Shown piece after piece: positions 53,908 through 63,281 of a stretch of DNA of 64,000 bases (position 1 is the first letter of the stretch; the number at the start of each line of letters is the position of its first letter). The stretch covers positions 15,888 to 79,887 of the forward strand of contig CATKCE010000135.1 in NCBI GenBank assembly GCA_949744905.1, read 5' to 3'. The notes beneath the pieces are model-generated. The model was given only the letters and a program-made list of their open reading frames with translations. It ran no database searches and was not told where the DNA came from. Origin of the DNA: an uncultured bacterium. Its GTDB lineage: Bacteria; Bacillota; Clostridia; Christensenellales; Pumilibacteraceae. The position numbers and the translations under genes were made by a program.

Positions 53908-55392
53908 TCAAGTCCCGACGACAATTACTTTTGTCGCTATCGAATCGCAAAAAGCTTTATCGTGTTCGGCAAATATTACGGCGGGACAAAATTCGCGCAC
54001 CGCTTCCTCTATTTGCACGCGCGAATACAGATCTATATAATTGAGCGGCTCGTCCCAAACGTACAAATGCGCCTTTTGACAAAAACTTCTCGCAATGAGA
54101 ACTTTCTTTTTTTGCCCCTGCGAAAACGAGGAAATATCGACGTCGAAATCGTCTTTAATAAACCCGGTCTTGTGCAGCACGGCTTTGAACAGAGATTCGT
54201 CCAAACCGTTTTCGCGGGCAAACTCGCCGAGCGAGCCTTTAAGTCCGTCGAACGTTTGCGGAATATACGAAACTATCAGCCCCGACGCAAGAGAGACCGT
54301 ACCGGTATGCGCTATATCACAGCCTGCTATAAGGCGCATTATACTGCTTTTACCGCAACCGTTCTTGCCCGTAAGAGCGACGCGCTCGCCGCGCATTATC
54401 TCAAAATCGAGCGACGGACAAACGATTTTTCCGTCGTACGATATTTGCACTCCCGAAAATTCCACAAGCCTCTCCGACCTGTGCGTCAAAGGAGCGAGTT
54501 TCAACTTTTCGTCGTATTCGGCATTAAGCAAAAGTCCGCGCTTTTTATCCGCCGCGCCGAGTTTCCTCGCCTCGGAATTTTTTGCGGACTTCATCATTTT
54601 TGCCGCCTTGTGTCCCACATAACCCTTATCCGGTTTTAATCCGAAGCTTGTTTTGCCGAATTTGGACGCTTCGGTCTTATCCGCCCATGACGCGGTGCGC
54701 GCGGCGGATTCGGAAAGTCTTTCAATATCTTTTTCCAATTTTTCGTTTTGCGTCCTCTCGTATGCCTGCTTGCGCTTAAAATTTTCATACCACACCGAAA
54801 AGTTGCCGGAGGACACCTCGATATCGCTTTTGTTTATAGACAAAATATGGTCTACGCAACCGTCTAAAAACACGCGGTCGTGCGATACGAGTATAAAACC
54901 TTTTTTTCTTTTAAGATAGTCGGAAACGATCCGTCTCGCCGCAACATCAAGATGGTTTGTCGGCTCGTCTATAAGCAAAAAATTCCCCTCTTTCAAAAAC
55001 AGCCCCGCAAGCAGAACTTTGGTTTGTTCTCCGCTTGAAAGATGCGAAAATCTGTCGTAATACGCATCCGCATCCATTTGAAGATACGACAACTCTCTCA
55101 ATATTTCCCACTCTTCCGCCTGCGGACAAATTACGCAAAGAATTTCTCTTACGCTTAGATGCTTATCGCTTACGTGAAACGGAAAATAAGTAAAGCGCAC
55201 GGACGCCGTTATGCTGCCGCCATACGCGTACTTACCCATAAGCAGATTCAAAAACGTGGTCTTACCTCTGCCGTTGCGTCCAACAAAGCCAAGCTTCCAA
55301 TCGGTATCCAGTGAAAAACTGACGTTATCGAATACTTTTTTGTATCCGCCGTCGTACGAAAACGTTAAATTACTTACATTTATCAATGACAT
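53908..55392 (-). CDS. ABC-F type ribosomal protection protein, Lsa-like (ARE subfamily)
   Basis: I chose the start at MSLINVSNLTFSYDG (GGAGG SD). There are two ABC cassettes with no TMs. It is close in pattern to Lsa(A): WKLGFVGRNGRGKTTFLNLL, LSSGEQTKVLLAGLF, LIDEPTNHLD, GFILVSHDRVFLD, with an interdomain linker. Confidence 0.85.
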   Translation of the reverse strand: MSLINVSNLTFSYDGGYKKVFDNVSFSLDTDWKLGFVGRNGRGKTTFLNLLMGKYAYGGSITASVRFTYFPFHVSDKHLSVREILCVICPQAEEWEILRELSYLQMDADAYYDRFSHLSSGEQTKVLLAGLFLKEGNFLLIDEPTNHLDVAARRIVSDYLKRKKGFILVSHDRVFLDGCVDHILSINKSDIEVSSGNFSVWYENFKRKQAYERTQNEKLEKDIERLSESAARTASWADKTEASKFGKTSFGLKPDKGYVGHKAAKMMKSAKNSEARKLGAADKKRGLLLNAEYDEKLKLAPLTHRSERLVEFSGVQISYDGKIVCPSLDFEIMRGERVALTGKNGCGKSSIMRLIAGCDIAHTGTVSLASGLIVSYIPQTFDGLKGSLGEFARENGLDESLFKAVLHKTGFIKDDFDVDISSFSQGQKKKVLIARSFCQKAHLYVWDEPLNYIDLYSRVQIEEAVREFCPAVIFAEHDKAFCDSIATKVIVVGT

Positions 55393-55407
55393 TTCGTTTA
55401 CCTCCGT

Positions 55408-55449
55408 CAAAAAAATAAAGAGCCGTGAGAAAGCGTATCTCACAGCTCT
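55408..55449 (-). terminator. leader (attenuator) terminator immediately upstream of the ABC-F SD
   Basis: Minus strand reads AGAGCTGTGAGAtacgcttTCTCACGGCTCTTTATTTTTTT, followed by GACGGAGGtaaacgaaATG. Confidence 0.7.
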
Positions 55450-55590
55450 GCGGCATTAAAATATTGTGCTCCATGAAAAACTTTCCTGCGATCGCGCAAA
55501 GCATGCAAAAAAATTTTCCGCAAACTTTGCATTATTCAATTCGTCAAGAAGTTTTCTCCATTTCGCACCCGAATTTTCTAAATCGGTACA

Positions 55591-55619
55591 AGTATAGCAT
55601 ATATAAGCGTTAAAAGCAA
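55591..55619 (-). promoter_or_regulatory. promoter TTGCTT-17-TATACT of the ABC-F leader
   Basis: Minus strand reads TTGCTTttaacgcttatatatgcTATACT, ~190 nt upstream of the ABC-F start. Confidence 0.5.
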
Positions 55620-55683
55620 GTTTTTCGGATAAAAATTAGTATACCGCTCTTTATTACGACATTTTCGACTTTTATTTCTACGC

Positions 55684-56574
55684 TTATGACAAATTGTATT
55701 TTACAAGATATTTTCGAGTAAATTCAAGTAACTCTTTTGCCCCGGCATCTAAGCGGGCTTCGGTAGGATCGTCCATAATAGGACGCCATACGCGGATATC
55801 GTAACCCACTTCGTCCCCCATCATAAGAAAAGGCTCCGAAACTATATCCCGAGTATAACCTATATCGCCGAGAGCCTTAAAGACCTCGTCCCAATCTATA
55901 TGTCCTTTCCCCGGTATATTGCGGTTGTTTTCACCCGTATGAAAATGTCGTAAGCGTTTGCCCACCAAACGTATCGCATCGCCTATATTGTTTTCTTCCA
56001 CATTCATATGGTAGGTATCCAGATGAATCCCTATGTTAGGACTATTTACTGCGTCGGCATATCGTATCGCCTCCGTAGCCGTATTGATAAGAGGCGATTC
56101 GAATCGGTTAACCGCCTCGCAACACACAGTAACGCCCTCTTTTTCCGCAACTTTCATAACTTGTCGCATACTTTCGACACTTCTGCAAAACAATGCTTCT
56201 TTTTCTTTCTCGTCTATAAAATAAGACGGAACTCCCCATCCGGCATATGTTACGCCGGAAAACAATTCCCCTTCCATCACTGCAATTTTTCTTACGATGT
56301 CATTAAGATATATTACGCCGCCCGCGCGCACTTCCTTATCGGGCGAAGACACGTCATATCTCGAATTCAGCCCCAAGCTGTAAGACAACTTGATTCCGCG
56401 TTCATCCGCATACTTTTTTATCTTGCGGCACTCATTATCATCTATATCCAAAAGCGGTTGCGCCTGAAATTCCAGAATATCGTACCCGAGATTATGTAAT
56501 TTATCTATATAATAGCGGTAATCCACATTCCATTTCTTCGTCCAGTAATTTACGAAAATTCCCAACTTATTCAT
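55684..56574 (-). CDS. D-allulose(psicose)/D-tagatose 3-epimerase family sugar epimerase (xylose-isomerase-like TIM barrel)
   Basis: It aligns by eye with characterised DPEases: KLGIFVNYWTKKWNVDYRYYIDKLHNLGYDILEF, CCEAVNRFESPLINTA, HLDTYHMNVEE, HFHTGENNR, VSEPF. Confidence 0.82.
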   Translation of the reverse strand: MNKLGIFVNYWTKKWNVDYRYYIDKLHNLGYDILEFQAQPLLDIDDNECRKIKKYADERGIKLSYSLGLNSRYDVSSPDKEVRAGGVIYLNDIVRKIAVMEGELFSGVTYAGWGVPSYFIDEKEKEALFCRSVESMRQVMKVAEKEGVTVCCEAVNRFESPLINTATEAIRYADAVNSPNIGIHLDTYHMNVEENNIGDAIRLVGKRLRHFHTGENNRNIPGKGHIDWDEVFKALGDIGYTRDIVSEPFLMMGDEVGYDIRVWRPIMDDPTEARLDAGAKELLEFTRKYLVKYNLS

Positions 56575-56615
56575 TGTCATTGCCTCTCCATATATTTTCT
56601 ATTTGCGCATTGCGC

Positions 56616-58025
56616 TCAAATTTTGTCAGTCTCGTAACCGAGATATTTTCCGAGGGCCTCCGCCACCGCATTTCCCCAATGTCCTTTTGCGATCGCTACA
56701 TGGTGACGATATCCTTCTCTTGCCATATAATTCAATAAGTCGTCCCCTGTACCGTCTTTTTTTTCAAAGACCGTTCCGCAACCGAAAAATTCCTTTTCTA
56801 TCGGATCGTCGGTAAGTCTGCCTTCGCACACAAACGAACACAGCTTTCCGTTTTCCGTTTTCATGCTTCCTATCGTTGTTTCCGTAGGCGCTATCTCGCC
56901 CACGTTTAATCCCACGCCCGACTCCGGTCCGTATGTCTTTTTGAACATCAAATGCTCCTCTATATGCCCCTTATTTTTAAGCAACGACGTAGGAACGGGA
57001 CCGCAATGGAACATGACCGTTTTCTTTTCTTCCACTCCGTAATTGTTATTAACGTCCAACAACATTACCGGATGATCGGACACAAGCCGCATCGCACGCA
57101 TCATTACGGCGTTGTTTATATCTAACTCGCACGCAGAATCTAATCCTTTCTCGTTAAGATCGCTTAAAATAACGCATGGAGCAATACCGTAACGTTTTTG
57201 GAGTTCGTCCCAGCACCGAATCGCTACCGCATCCAATGAATACGACTCCGTCAATTCATCCAACGCAACCGCCAACCGTGATATGTTTTCCAATTTTTTC
57301 GGCGGATATTTGCCGAAATCCGAAACTTCCGAAAGATGCTTTTTCTTTGCCGCAAGCATCTTTTCGTCTACGGAATCCATTATAGCGAACACCTGCGAAA
57401 GATCAATGGTTTCCACGTTAATGCGTTTTCTCTGAAAAGCTATCTCGTCGATGCGAACGGTTTTGAAAGCGGTAGTTCTCGCTCCTATGGCGCCTACGGT
57501 AAAACAGCGAAGTCCTTCCGCAACGCGGCATATACCGCCGAACCGTTTCAGATCTTCCGAAAAGTCCTTGTCGAGCGGATGCACGGCAAACTTCTTTGTA
57601 AGTGTATATTTTATATCCGCTTGCCTTAGCACGTTGCACAATGCGATTTTTCCGCATATCGCGTCTCTTCGGCGGGTAAAATCCATTTTCCCTATCTCGT
57701 CGGGATACGCTTGAATAAGCAACGGCACATCGGCATCTTTAAGCGCATAGTATGCGCCGTTTTCGTCGCTGAAATTTGGCATACACACGATTATTCCGTT
57801 GTATTTTCCTCTATGCTCATTCAGAAATTCCGCATATTTTTTTCCTTCCGCAATAGTTTCCACTGCGCCGTATCGCGTCTTTTCCGCCGCCATTTCAATA
57901 CACTCAAATCCCGCGTGCTCTACCGCTTCCCGCATTTCCTTTCTCGCATCGGCGATAACTTCACCGGGAAAAAATCCACGGTTGCCGTAAAAAAGCGCAA
58001 ATGCTTGTTTCTTCTTTGTTCCCAT
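56616..58025 (-). CDS. L-fucose isomerase-family (FucI/AraA-like) sugar isomerase
   Basis: 469 aa. The N-terminal pattern FALFYGNRGFFPGEVIADARKEM is typical of COG2407-type isomerases. AAGGAGA SD. Confidence 0.7.
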   Translation of the reverse strand: MGTKKKQAFALFYGNRGFFPGEVIADARKEMREAVEHAGFECIEMAAEKTRYGAVETIAEGKKYAEFLNEHRGKYNGIIVCMPNFSDENGAYYALKDADVPLLIQAYPDEIGKMDFTRRRDAICGKIALCNVLRQADIKYTLTKKFAVHPLDKDFSEDLKRFGGICRVAEGLRCFTVGAIGARTTAFKTVRIDEIAFQRKRINVETIDLSQVFAIMDSVDEKMLAAKKKHLSEVSDFGKYPPKKLENISRLAVALDELTESYSLDAVAIRCWDELQKRYGIAPCVILSDLNEKGLDSACELDINNAVMMRAMRLVSDHPVMLLDVNNNYGVEEKKTVMFHCGPVPTSLLKNKGHIEEHLMFKKTYGPESGVGLNVGEIAPTETTIGSMKTENGKLCSFVCEGRLTDDPIEKEFFGCGTVFEKKDGTGDDLLNYMAREGYRHHVAIAKGHWGNAVAEALGKYLGYETDKI

Positions 58026-58153
58026 TTTTATTTCTCCTTGTGTTTTGTCATACTTTATTCGCCGAAACGATACTCGGCGATTTGTTAATATCGATTTCTT
58101 TCGATAACCGAAAATTCATTTTGCGTTACAAAAAATATTTTAACAATGTTTAT

Positions 58154-60214
58154 TTAATCAAAACAGATCTCCCATGAAAATATACCCGTTTTATCCGGCA
58201 AGTAACGTTTGGTCACCATTCCGTCTACGGCAGGATCGTAAGCATACAAAACGTATTCATCGCCGCCCACTACGTCCGATTCTCCCGAAAGAACGTGCGT
58301 TTTTTCGTCGTACCGCACCGAGCGAACGTCCGTACCGCCGCATGAAATGTGTCTGGATGTGGCAAGCAATTGCGGTGTTCCCGTATAACGGCGTACGGAA
58401 AATACCTTGGTTTCATACGGCGCTAGCGATATCGAAAACTCGCCGTTACATATACCACAAAACATTTTGCTCCAAAATTCAAACAATACGTATCTGCCTT
58501 CCGCTATTCCCGATTCTTTCAATATGACCGTATGCGTCGTATCTTTACCGCTAAGATTTGTTACTCCCGTCACATCCCATTGCTCGAAAGGACGCGATAT
58601 GCATTGATTCACGGTAAAGACTTTTCGCTTAAGCGCGCTTTCGCCTATATCGCACGGATGAGCGTCCAAAGGCGGAATGCAGCGTTTGATGATTTCGACC
58701 CGATCGTCCGATAGTTCTGTAAGATCGTCGCCCATCGTAAAAGGAAGCCCCAACAGTGATACAAGCGACGCGCGCGATACCGCTTGCACGAGAGTGTTAT
58801 GTTCTTTGCGCAAAACCACGTTATCCGGATCGCAGTAAAAAAGCACATTGTGGTACGGATACATCCGTACTATGCGCGCCGCAAAATGTTCGACGAATTC
58901 CTTCCAAGTAAAGATATCGCCGCCTATGCGTGCTCCGTCGAAAATATCGGCGGCAAAGCGTATCTCTCGGTCGGCGGCGCCTGCGCAGGAAAGCATATAG
59001 AAATCGTCGCCCAATTTCTCGCGCACGTCGGACACTATTGCGCGCAACGCCTGCTCGCTCGTAACGGAAGTATCGCTCAAACAATCGTGATAGCGGTCGG
59101 TCGCCCACAAAGTGATAGGCAAACAATCCCATTTTACCGCTCGGTAATGCCAATCGCGTATTTTTTCGACCGCTGCGGGAACATATTCCTTACGGTAAAT
59201 TTCGTTTGTAATATCGAATATATATTGTCCGCACCAAAACGGTTCTCTTGCAAGCACCGCATCGGGATGTGTTTTTACAAATTCGCTGTTTCCCGGTTCA
59301 TGCGTGATACCTATCCACAATGCCGGCGTAAGCCCCATACTGTCTATGCGATCTGCCACACACCTCAAACCGTCGGGATAGCGTACCGGATCGGGGTGAA
59401 AGTAATCTATACCCTCCGGTCCTTCGGCATGGAAAGTCGAGTGATACCATTCCCAATCGACCCAAACTACGGATGCACCGAATTTTCCGAACAGTTCTTT
59501 CATACGAGCCGCGTTATCCAATACTTTTTTTTCGCACGCATCGAATTGCACCGCATACCACGTCATCCACCCCACTGGCGGCGCGGGAAAAGTATTGCGC
59601 TTGTTGATCGCGCGGTAAGGAACACGATAAGTCCGCGCATATATTTCCTGCTCGACGCCTACATGCCATTTATTTCCGACAAGTGCGGTACGGTATTTGT
59701 TTTCCTTCCAATCGAAAGTAAAACCGGGTGCTCCTTTATAAAATACGACAGACGAGTCGGACGCGCGGTCGAAAAGCGAATCGTCCGCAACCGATACTGC
59801 GGGTCCCACGCCGTTTCGCAATACGGTAGCGTTGTTTTTACGCCGTACGGCAAAGCAGTCGTTTACATCCCCCCAATCCAAAATGCCGCAAAAATATGCC
59901 GCGGCGCCTTTCTCCGTTTTTAAGTCGGCGTATATTCCGTCGCGTTTCACCTTAAAACGCAATGTCGCATCAGGATTACAGTAACGCACCGTAAGAAGCG
60001 TGTAATCCTTGAAATCCGGTTGTTTCCACTCGGTCGAAATTATCTCGGGTACAATCACCGAATCACGATCGGTAAGTTTAAGTCGAACGTCGCGCCAAAA
60101 TTCACCGCTCTCCTCATAACCGCACGCAAACGTGCTCGTTTCTTTTTGCACACGCACATAAAATTTTCCGTAACCCGCATGATTTTCGGGCGCCTTAATA
60201 TTTTCTGTTTTCAT
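58154..60214 (-). CDS. clan GH-D (alpha-galactosidase-like, GH36/GH27-related) glycoside hydrolase, cytoplasmic
   Basis: PPVGWMTWYAVQFD, DYFHPDPVRYPDGL and RAVKWDCLP (nucleophile-type KWD motif). No signal peptide. Confidence 0.65.
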   Translation of the reverse strand: MKTENIKAPENHAGYGKFYVRVQKETSTFACGYEESGEFWRDVRLKLTDRDSVIVPEIISTEWKQPDFKDYTLLTVRYCNPDATLRFKVKRDGIYADLKTEKGAAAYFCGILDWGDVNDCFAVRRKNNATVLRNGVGPAVSVADDSLFDRASDSSVVFYKGAPGFTFDWKENKYRTALVGNKWHVGVEQEIYARTYRVPYRAINKRNTFPAPPVGWMTWYAVQFDACEKKVLDNAARMKELFGKFGASVVWVDWEWYHSTFHAEGPEGIDYFHPDPVRYPDGLRCVADRIDSMGLTPALWIGITHEPGNSEFVKTHPDAVLAREPFWCGQYIFDITNEIYRKEYVPAAVEKIRDWHYRAVKWDCLPITLWATDRYHDCLSDTSVTSEQALRAIVSDVREKLGDDFYMLSCAGAADREIRFAADIFDGARIGGDIFTWKEFVEHFAARIVRMYPYHNVLFYCDPDNVVLRKEHNTLVQAVSRASLVSLLGLPFTMGDDLTELSDDRVEIIKRCIPPLDAHPCDIGESALKRKVFTVNQCISRPFEQWDVTGVTNLSGKDTTHTVILKESGIAEGRYVLFEFWSKMFCGICNGEFSISLAPYETKVFSVRRYTGTPQLLATSRHISCGGTDVRSVRYDEKTHVLSGESDVVGGDEYVLYAYDPAVDGMVTKRYLPDKTGIFSWEICFD

Positions 60215-62292
60215 AGATTTTGATTCTCTGCGATCTTAAACGACGCCGTTGCGCTTTTGCCTGCGTCGGAAATCACATAACTTACGGCAATGCGTCCGGT
60301 CCAGCCCGCAGGAGCGTATTCGGATAGAACTATTGTCTCTTTGCCGACTTCGGTACCCGTCAGCGTTTTTTGTACGGTGCTGAATCCTTTGTTTCCGAAC
60401 GGCAACGCTATATCCGACGAGAAACCCTCAAGCGACCAATAAACGCTTTCGGTATAACCGCTGTCGGTCATAAAATCTATCTTCACGCCGAGCGCGGACG
60501 AATCTTTCGCTTCGATTTCTCCCCATACCTGCCAATCAAGCGTAAGAGTTTTATCAGTCATATCCTTTAATTGGACCGAAACCGCGCTTTTCCCCTCGGC
60601 GTTGTCGTTCATCGCCGCGTATCCCATCAAACTGCGTTCATGGATATCGCTGTAAGGAGTGTTATCGCCTCGCGACGGATACCAGTAATCTTTGCGCACT
60701 ATATGCTTTGAAAGAGGATTATACGACGTATCGGTAAGAGTGCCCGCCGCGTCGTTCACTTCCAGATAACATACGGCATCGGGCTCAAGCTCCACCGTGA
60801 GCGAAAGCCCCTCGGAGGCAACATTTTTGCTCGTCGCTAAAAGATACGGCTCGTTTTGCGTGGAATACGTAAGATGCGCGGTGTCCACAAGATACGCCGA
60901 CACGTTTCCGTTTTCAAAAGGAAGATTTGTCAGTTTGACCGAAGCCGTACGTTTTTTCGCCGATGAATTATATACTATGATTCCCGCGCGTCCGGCGTCT
61001 ACGCCCGCCATCGAGAAAAGCCCGTCTTCGAGCGTCGGCTGTACAATACGATTTATCGGCAAACGTCCGTACATCCAATTAACGTGGTAAGCGGGGTAAC
61101 GTTGCAACGAATACAAATCTACAGCGCTGCATCCAATACCGTTCGTTTGCTCGGACATAAAAGTCGCCCAGTTGACGCGGGTGATATCGTTTGCGGCAAG
61201 CAAAGTTTCTATTGCCGAAAACATCCCCGGAACCAATGCGGTAGTGTTCCACATATCGCGCGAATCCTCGTGTAACGGAGCATAAATATTAAATTCGTTG
61301 AGATGCTGTTGTAACGTAGAAAGATCGTACGCAGTATCGTCATGTTCGCTCTTTCCGTTTTGAGATGCGGTAATAGCATTTAATATAGCGTTGCGGTAAA
61401 CGGAAAAGTTCTCGCCGTCGCCCGAAACGCCGACTATATCTTCCATTTTGCCTTCGCGACCGTAAAAATGCCACGAAATCGAATCGGGTAACAAATCGGC
61501 TTCACTCGCCCGCTTTATAAAACTTTCCCATTTGGTAAGATCGCCGTTGCCGGACTTATCGGAAACTATTTTATGAATCCAAGAAGCGGAAAGCGCTTGT
61601 ACAAACGCGTCGGGATCGGCATTATATACCCCGGCGGCGCCCGCCAAATACGTATCGATATATTCCTCCCAATCACCGAGGAAGTATTGCGTACCGAAAT
61701 CCGGTTCGTTCCACATTTCGTAAGCCCCGATGCGAATATCCTTTTCCTTAAAATAAGTAGCCATATTTCCGCACAGTTCACGCCACTTTTCAGCAATGGG
61801 AACAGACTTCCAATCGCCGACCGGTTGCGCATACGCAGGGCATGCAAACAATACGAGTTGCGGCAATATGCCCAGAGCGTCAAGTCGCGATATTACTTCC
61901 ATGGTTTGCGCATATTCGGCATCGGTGGAGCCGTTCGAGCTCGCCGTTCGCCCGATATTATAGCCAAGTCCCGTATAACCCATAAACAAATCGAATCGCA
62001 AACTATCGGCGTTCAACTCGGTAAGCGCGGGCAACTGGTTGAGTGACGATGCGCGGGTATATCCCGGCAGATCTCCTACAAAACTCCATGTAGTGGCAAA
62101 TTGGTCGAACTTTTTCAGATATTGCGTTTTACTGCCGTCGCGCGCGGCGCAATCGAATACCGCGGCTTCGGGCGCGTTGTATGAAAGATAGGGCTTTTGC
62201 CCTCTATTCGTATCGCCGCCGCATGCGGCTACGGATATGCACATCATCAATGCCGCGCATACGGCCGTTATCATTTTTCCGAATCTTTTCAT
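60211..62292 (-). CDS. clan GH-A-like glycoside hydrolase lipoprotein (GH39/GH5-like catalytic region + beta-rich C-terminal domains)
   Basis: Lipobox (SVAACGG). YEMWNEPDF is an acid/base-type NEP motif. 4-nt overlap with the downstream GH gene. Confidence 0.55.
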   Translation of the reverse strand: MKRFGKMITAVCAALMMCISVAACGGDTNRGQKPYLSYNAPEAAVFDCAARDGSKTQYLKKFDQFATTWSFVGDLPGYTRASSLNQLPALTELNADSLRFDLFMGYTGLGYNIGRTASSNGSTDAEYAQTMEVISRLDALGILPQLVLFACPAYAQPVGDWKSVPIAEKWRELCGNMATYFKEKDIRIGAYEMWNEPDFGTQYFLGDWEEYIDTYLAGAAGVYNADPDAFVQALSASWIHKIVSDKSGNGDLTKWESFIKRASEADLLPDSISWHFYGREGKMEDIVGVSGDGENFSVYRNAILNAITASQNGKSEHDDTAYDLSTLQQHLNEFNIYAPLHEDSRDMWNTTALVPGMFSAIETLLAANDITRVNWATFMSEQTNGIGCSAVDLYSLQRYPAYHVNWMYGRLPINRIVQPTLEDGLFSMAGVDAGRAGIIVYNSSAKKRTASVKLTNLPFENGNVSAYLVDTAHLTYSTQNEPYLLATSKNVASEGLSLTVELEPDAVCYLEVNDAAGTLTDTSYNPLSKHIVRKDYWYPSRGDNTPYSDIHERSLMGYAAMNDNAEGKSAVSVQLKDMTDKTLTLDWQVWGEIEAKDSSALGVKIDFMTDSGYTESVYWSLEGFSSDIALPFGNKGFSTVQKTLTGTEVGKETIVLSEYAPAGWTGRIAVSYVISDAGKSATASFKIAENQNL

Positions 62293-62349
62293 AATTTTGT
62301 CACCCCTGTTTTATTTATTCTGTTTCTTATCGACAAACGCCGATCATGT

Positions 62350-63258
62350 TCAATCCGCATATTTCGACGGCGTTACGGCAAACGGCGTACATACCGCATT
62401 GGTTGCGCTTTCCCACGACACAGCCCTTGCTTTCTTCGATACACCCGGCGGCGCAAAGTCTAAATTCTCGACGGGCTTGCCTGTCAGCGTGTGAAATACC
62501 GTCAGCGACGCAATGTAACAACCCCACTTGACATTCAAATGATATCCGTCTTGCGTGAGCGTATCGCCCCAAAACGATGTGCGCGCGTTTTGTATCGCCG
62601 TACCATTTGGTATAATATACGAAAATGCCTTATTGGGAACTATCTTGCTTTGCACGGATTGCACAATAGCGTTGTACATCGTCATTTGGTCGCTCTCGTA
62701 CCACGGAAAAGCCGTATGCGTACAGCCTTGCTGATACGCCCACGTCATATGCCACGCGAGTTTTGCCTTTTCGCTTGCGTGACTTTTTACATACTCGATC
62801 AAATCGTCCAACTTACCGTAACTATCGGGAATGCCGCTGTAATGACTTGCCTGTTGCAACAAAATGAAATCCCAGTTTTCCGCCGCAAGCCCCTCTTGCA
62901 TACGCGTGCCGTGCGCAATTTTCCAATTGCCGTCCGCATTGGAATAGTAATCGTAGGCGGCTACATCCGCAACGGCATTCGCGGCGTGTACATCCAGCGT
63001 GCAACCGCCGATCACCAAATTCCCGAGCTTTACGTTTTGCACGCCCGCACTCTGCGCCACTTGATAAAGATACTCCATACAGTTCACCGAAAAACTGTTG
63101 CCAATAGCCAAAACTTTCAATGCGCCGTCCTCCTCCCACTCCGCCGGCGGAACGTTATTCTCTTTTTCCGGGGGCATACTATTTACGCAGCCGCACATCA
63201 TTGCACAAAATGCCGTAAGCACACACAAAATTGCACTAATTTTTGTCGCCTTTTTCAT
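62350..63258 (-). CDS. DUF4886 (SGNH-hydrolase-like) lipoprotein
   Basis: Lipobox (MMCGCVN). LKVLAIGNSFSVNCMEYL...LVIGGCTLDVH is the typical DUF4886 pattern. Confidence 0.75.
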   Translation of the reverse strand: MKKATKISAILCVLTAFCAMMCGCVNSMPPEKENNVPPAEWEEDGALKVLAIGNSFSVNCMEYLYQVAQSAGVQNVKLGNLVIGGCTLDVHAANAVADVAAYDYYSNADGNWKIAHGTRMQEGLAAENWDFILLQQASHYSGIPDSYGKLDDLIEYVKSHASEKAKLAWHMTWAYQQGCTHTAFPWYESDQMTMYNAIVQSVQSKIVPNKAFSYIIPNGTAIQNARTSFWGDTLTQDGYHLNVKWGCYIASLTVFHTLTGKPVENLDFAPPGVSKKARAVSWESATNAVCTPFAVTPSKYAD

Positions 63259-63281
63259 CGTATATAACTCCTTCTTATTTT

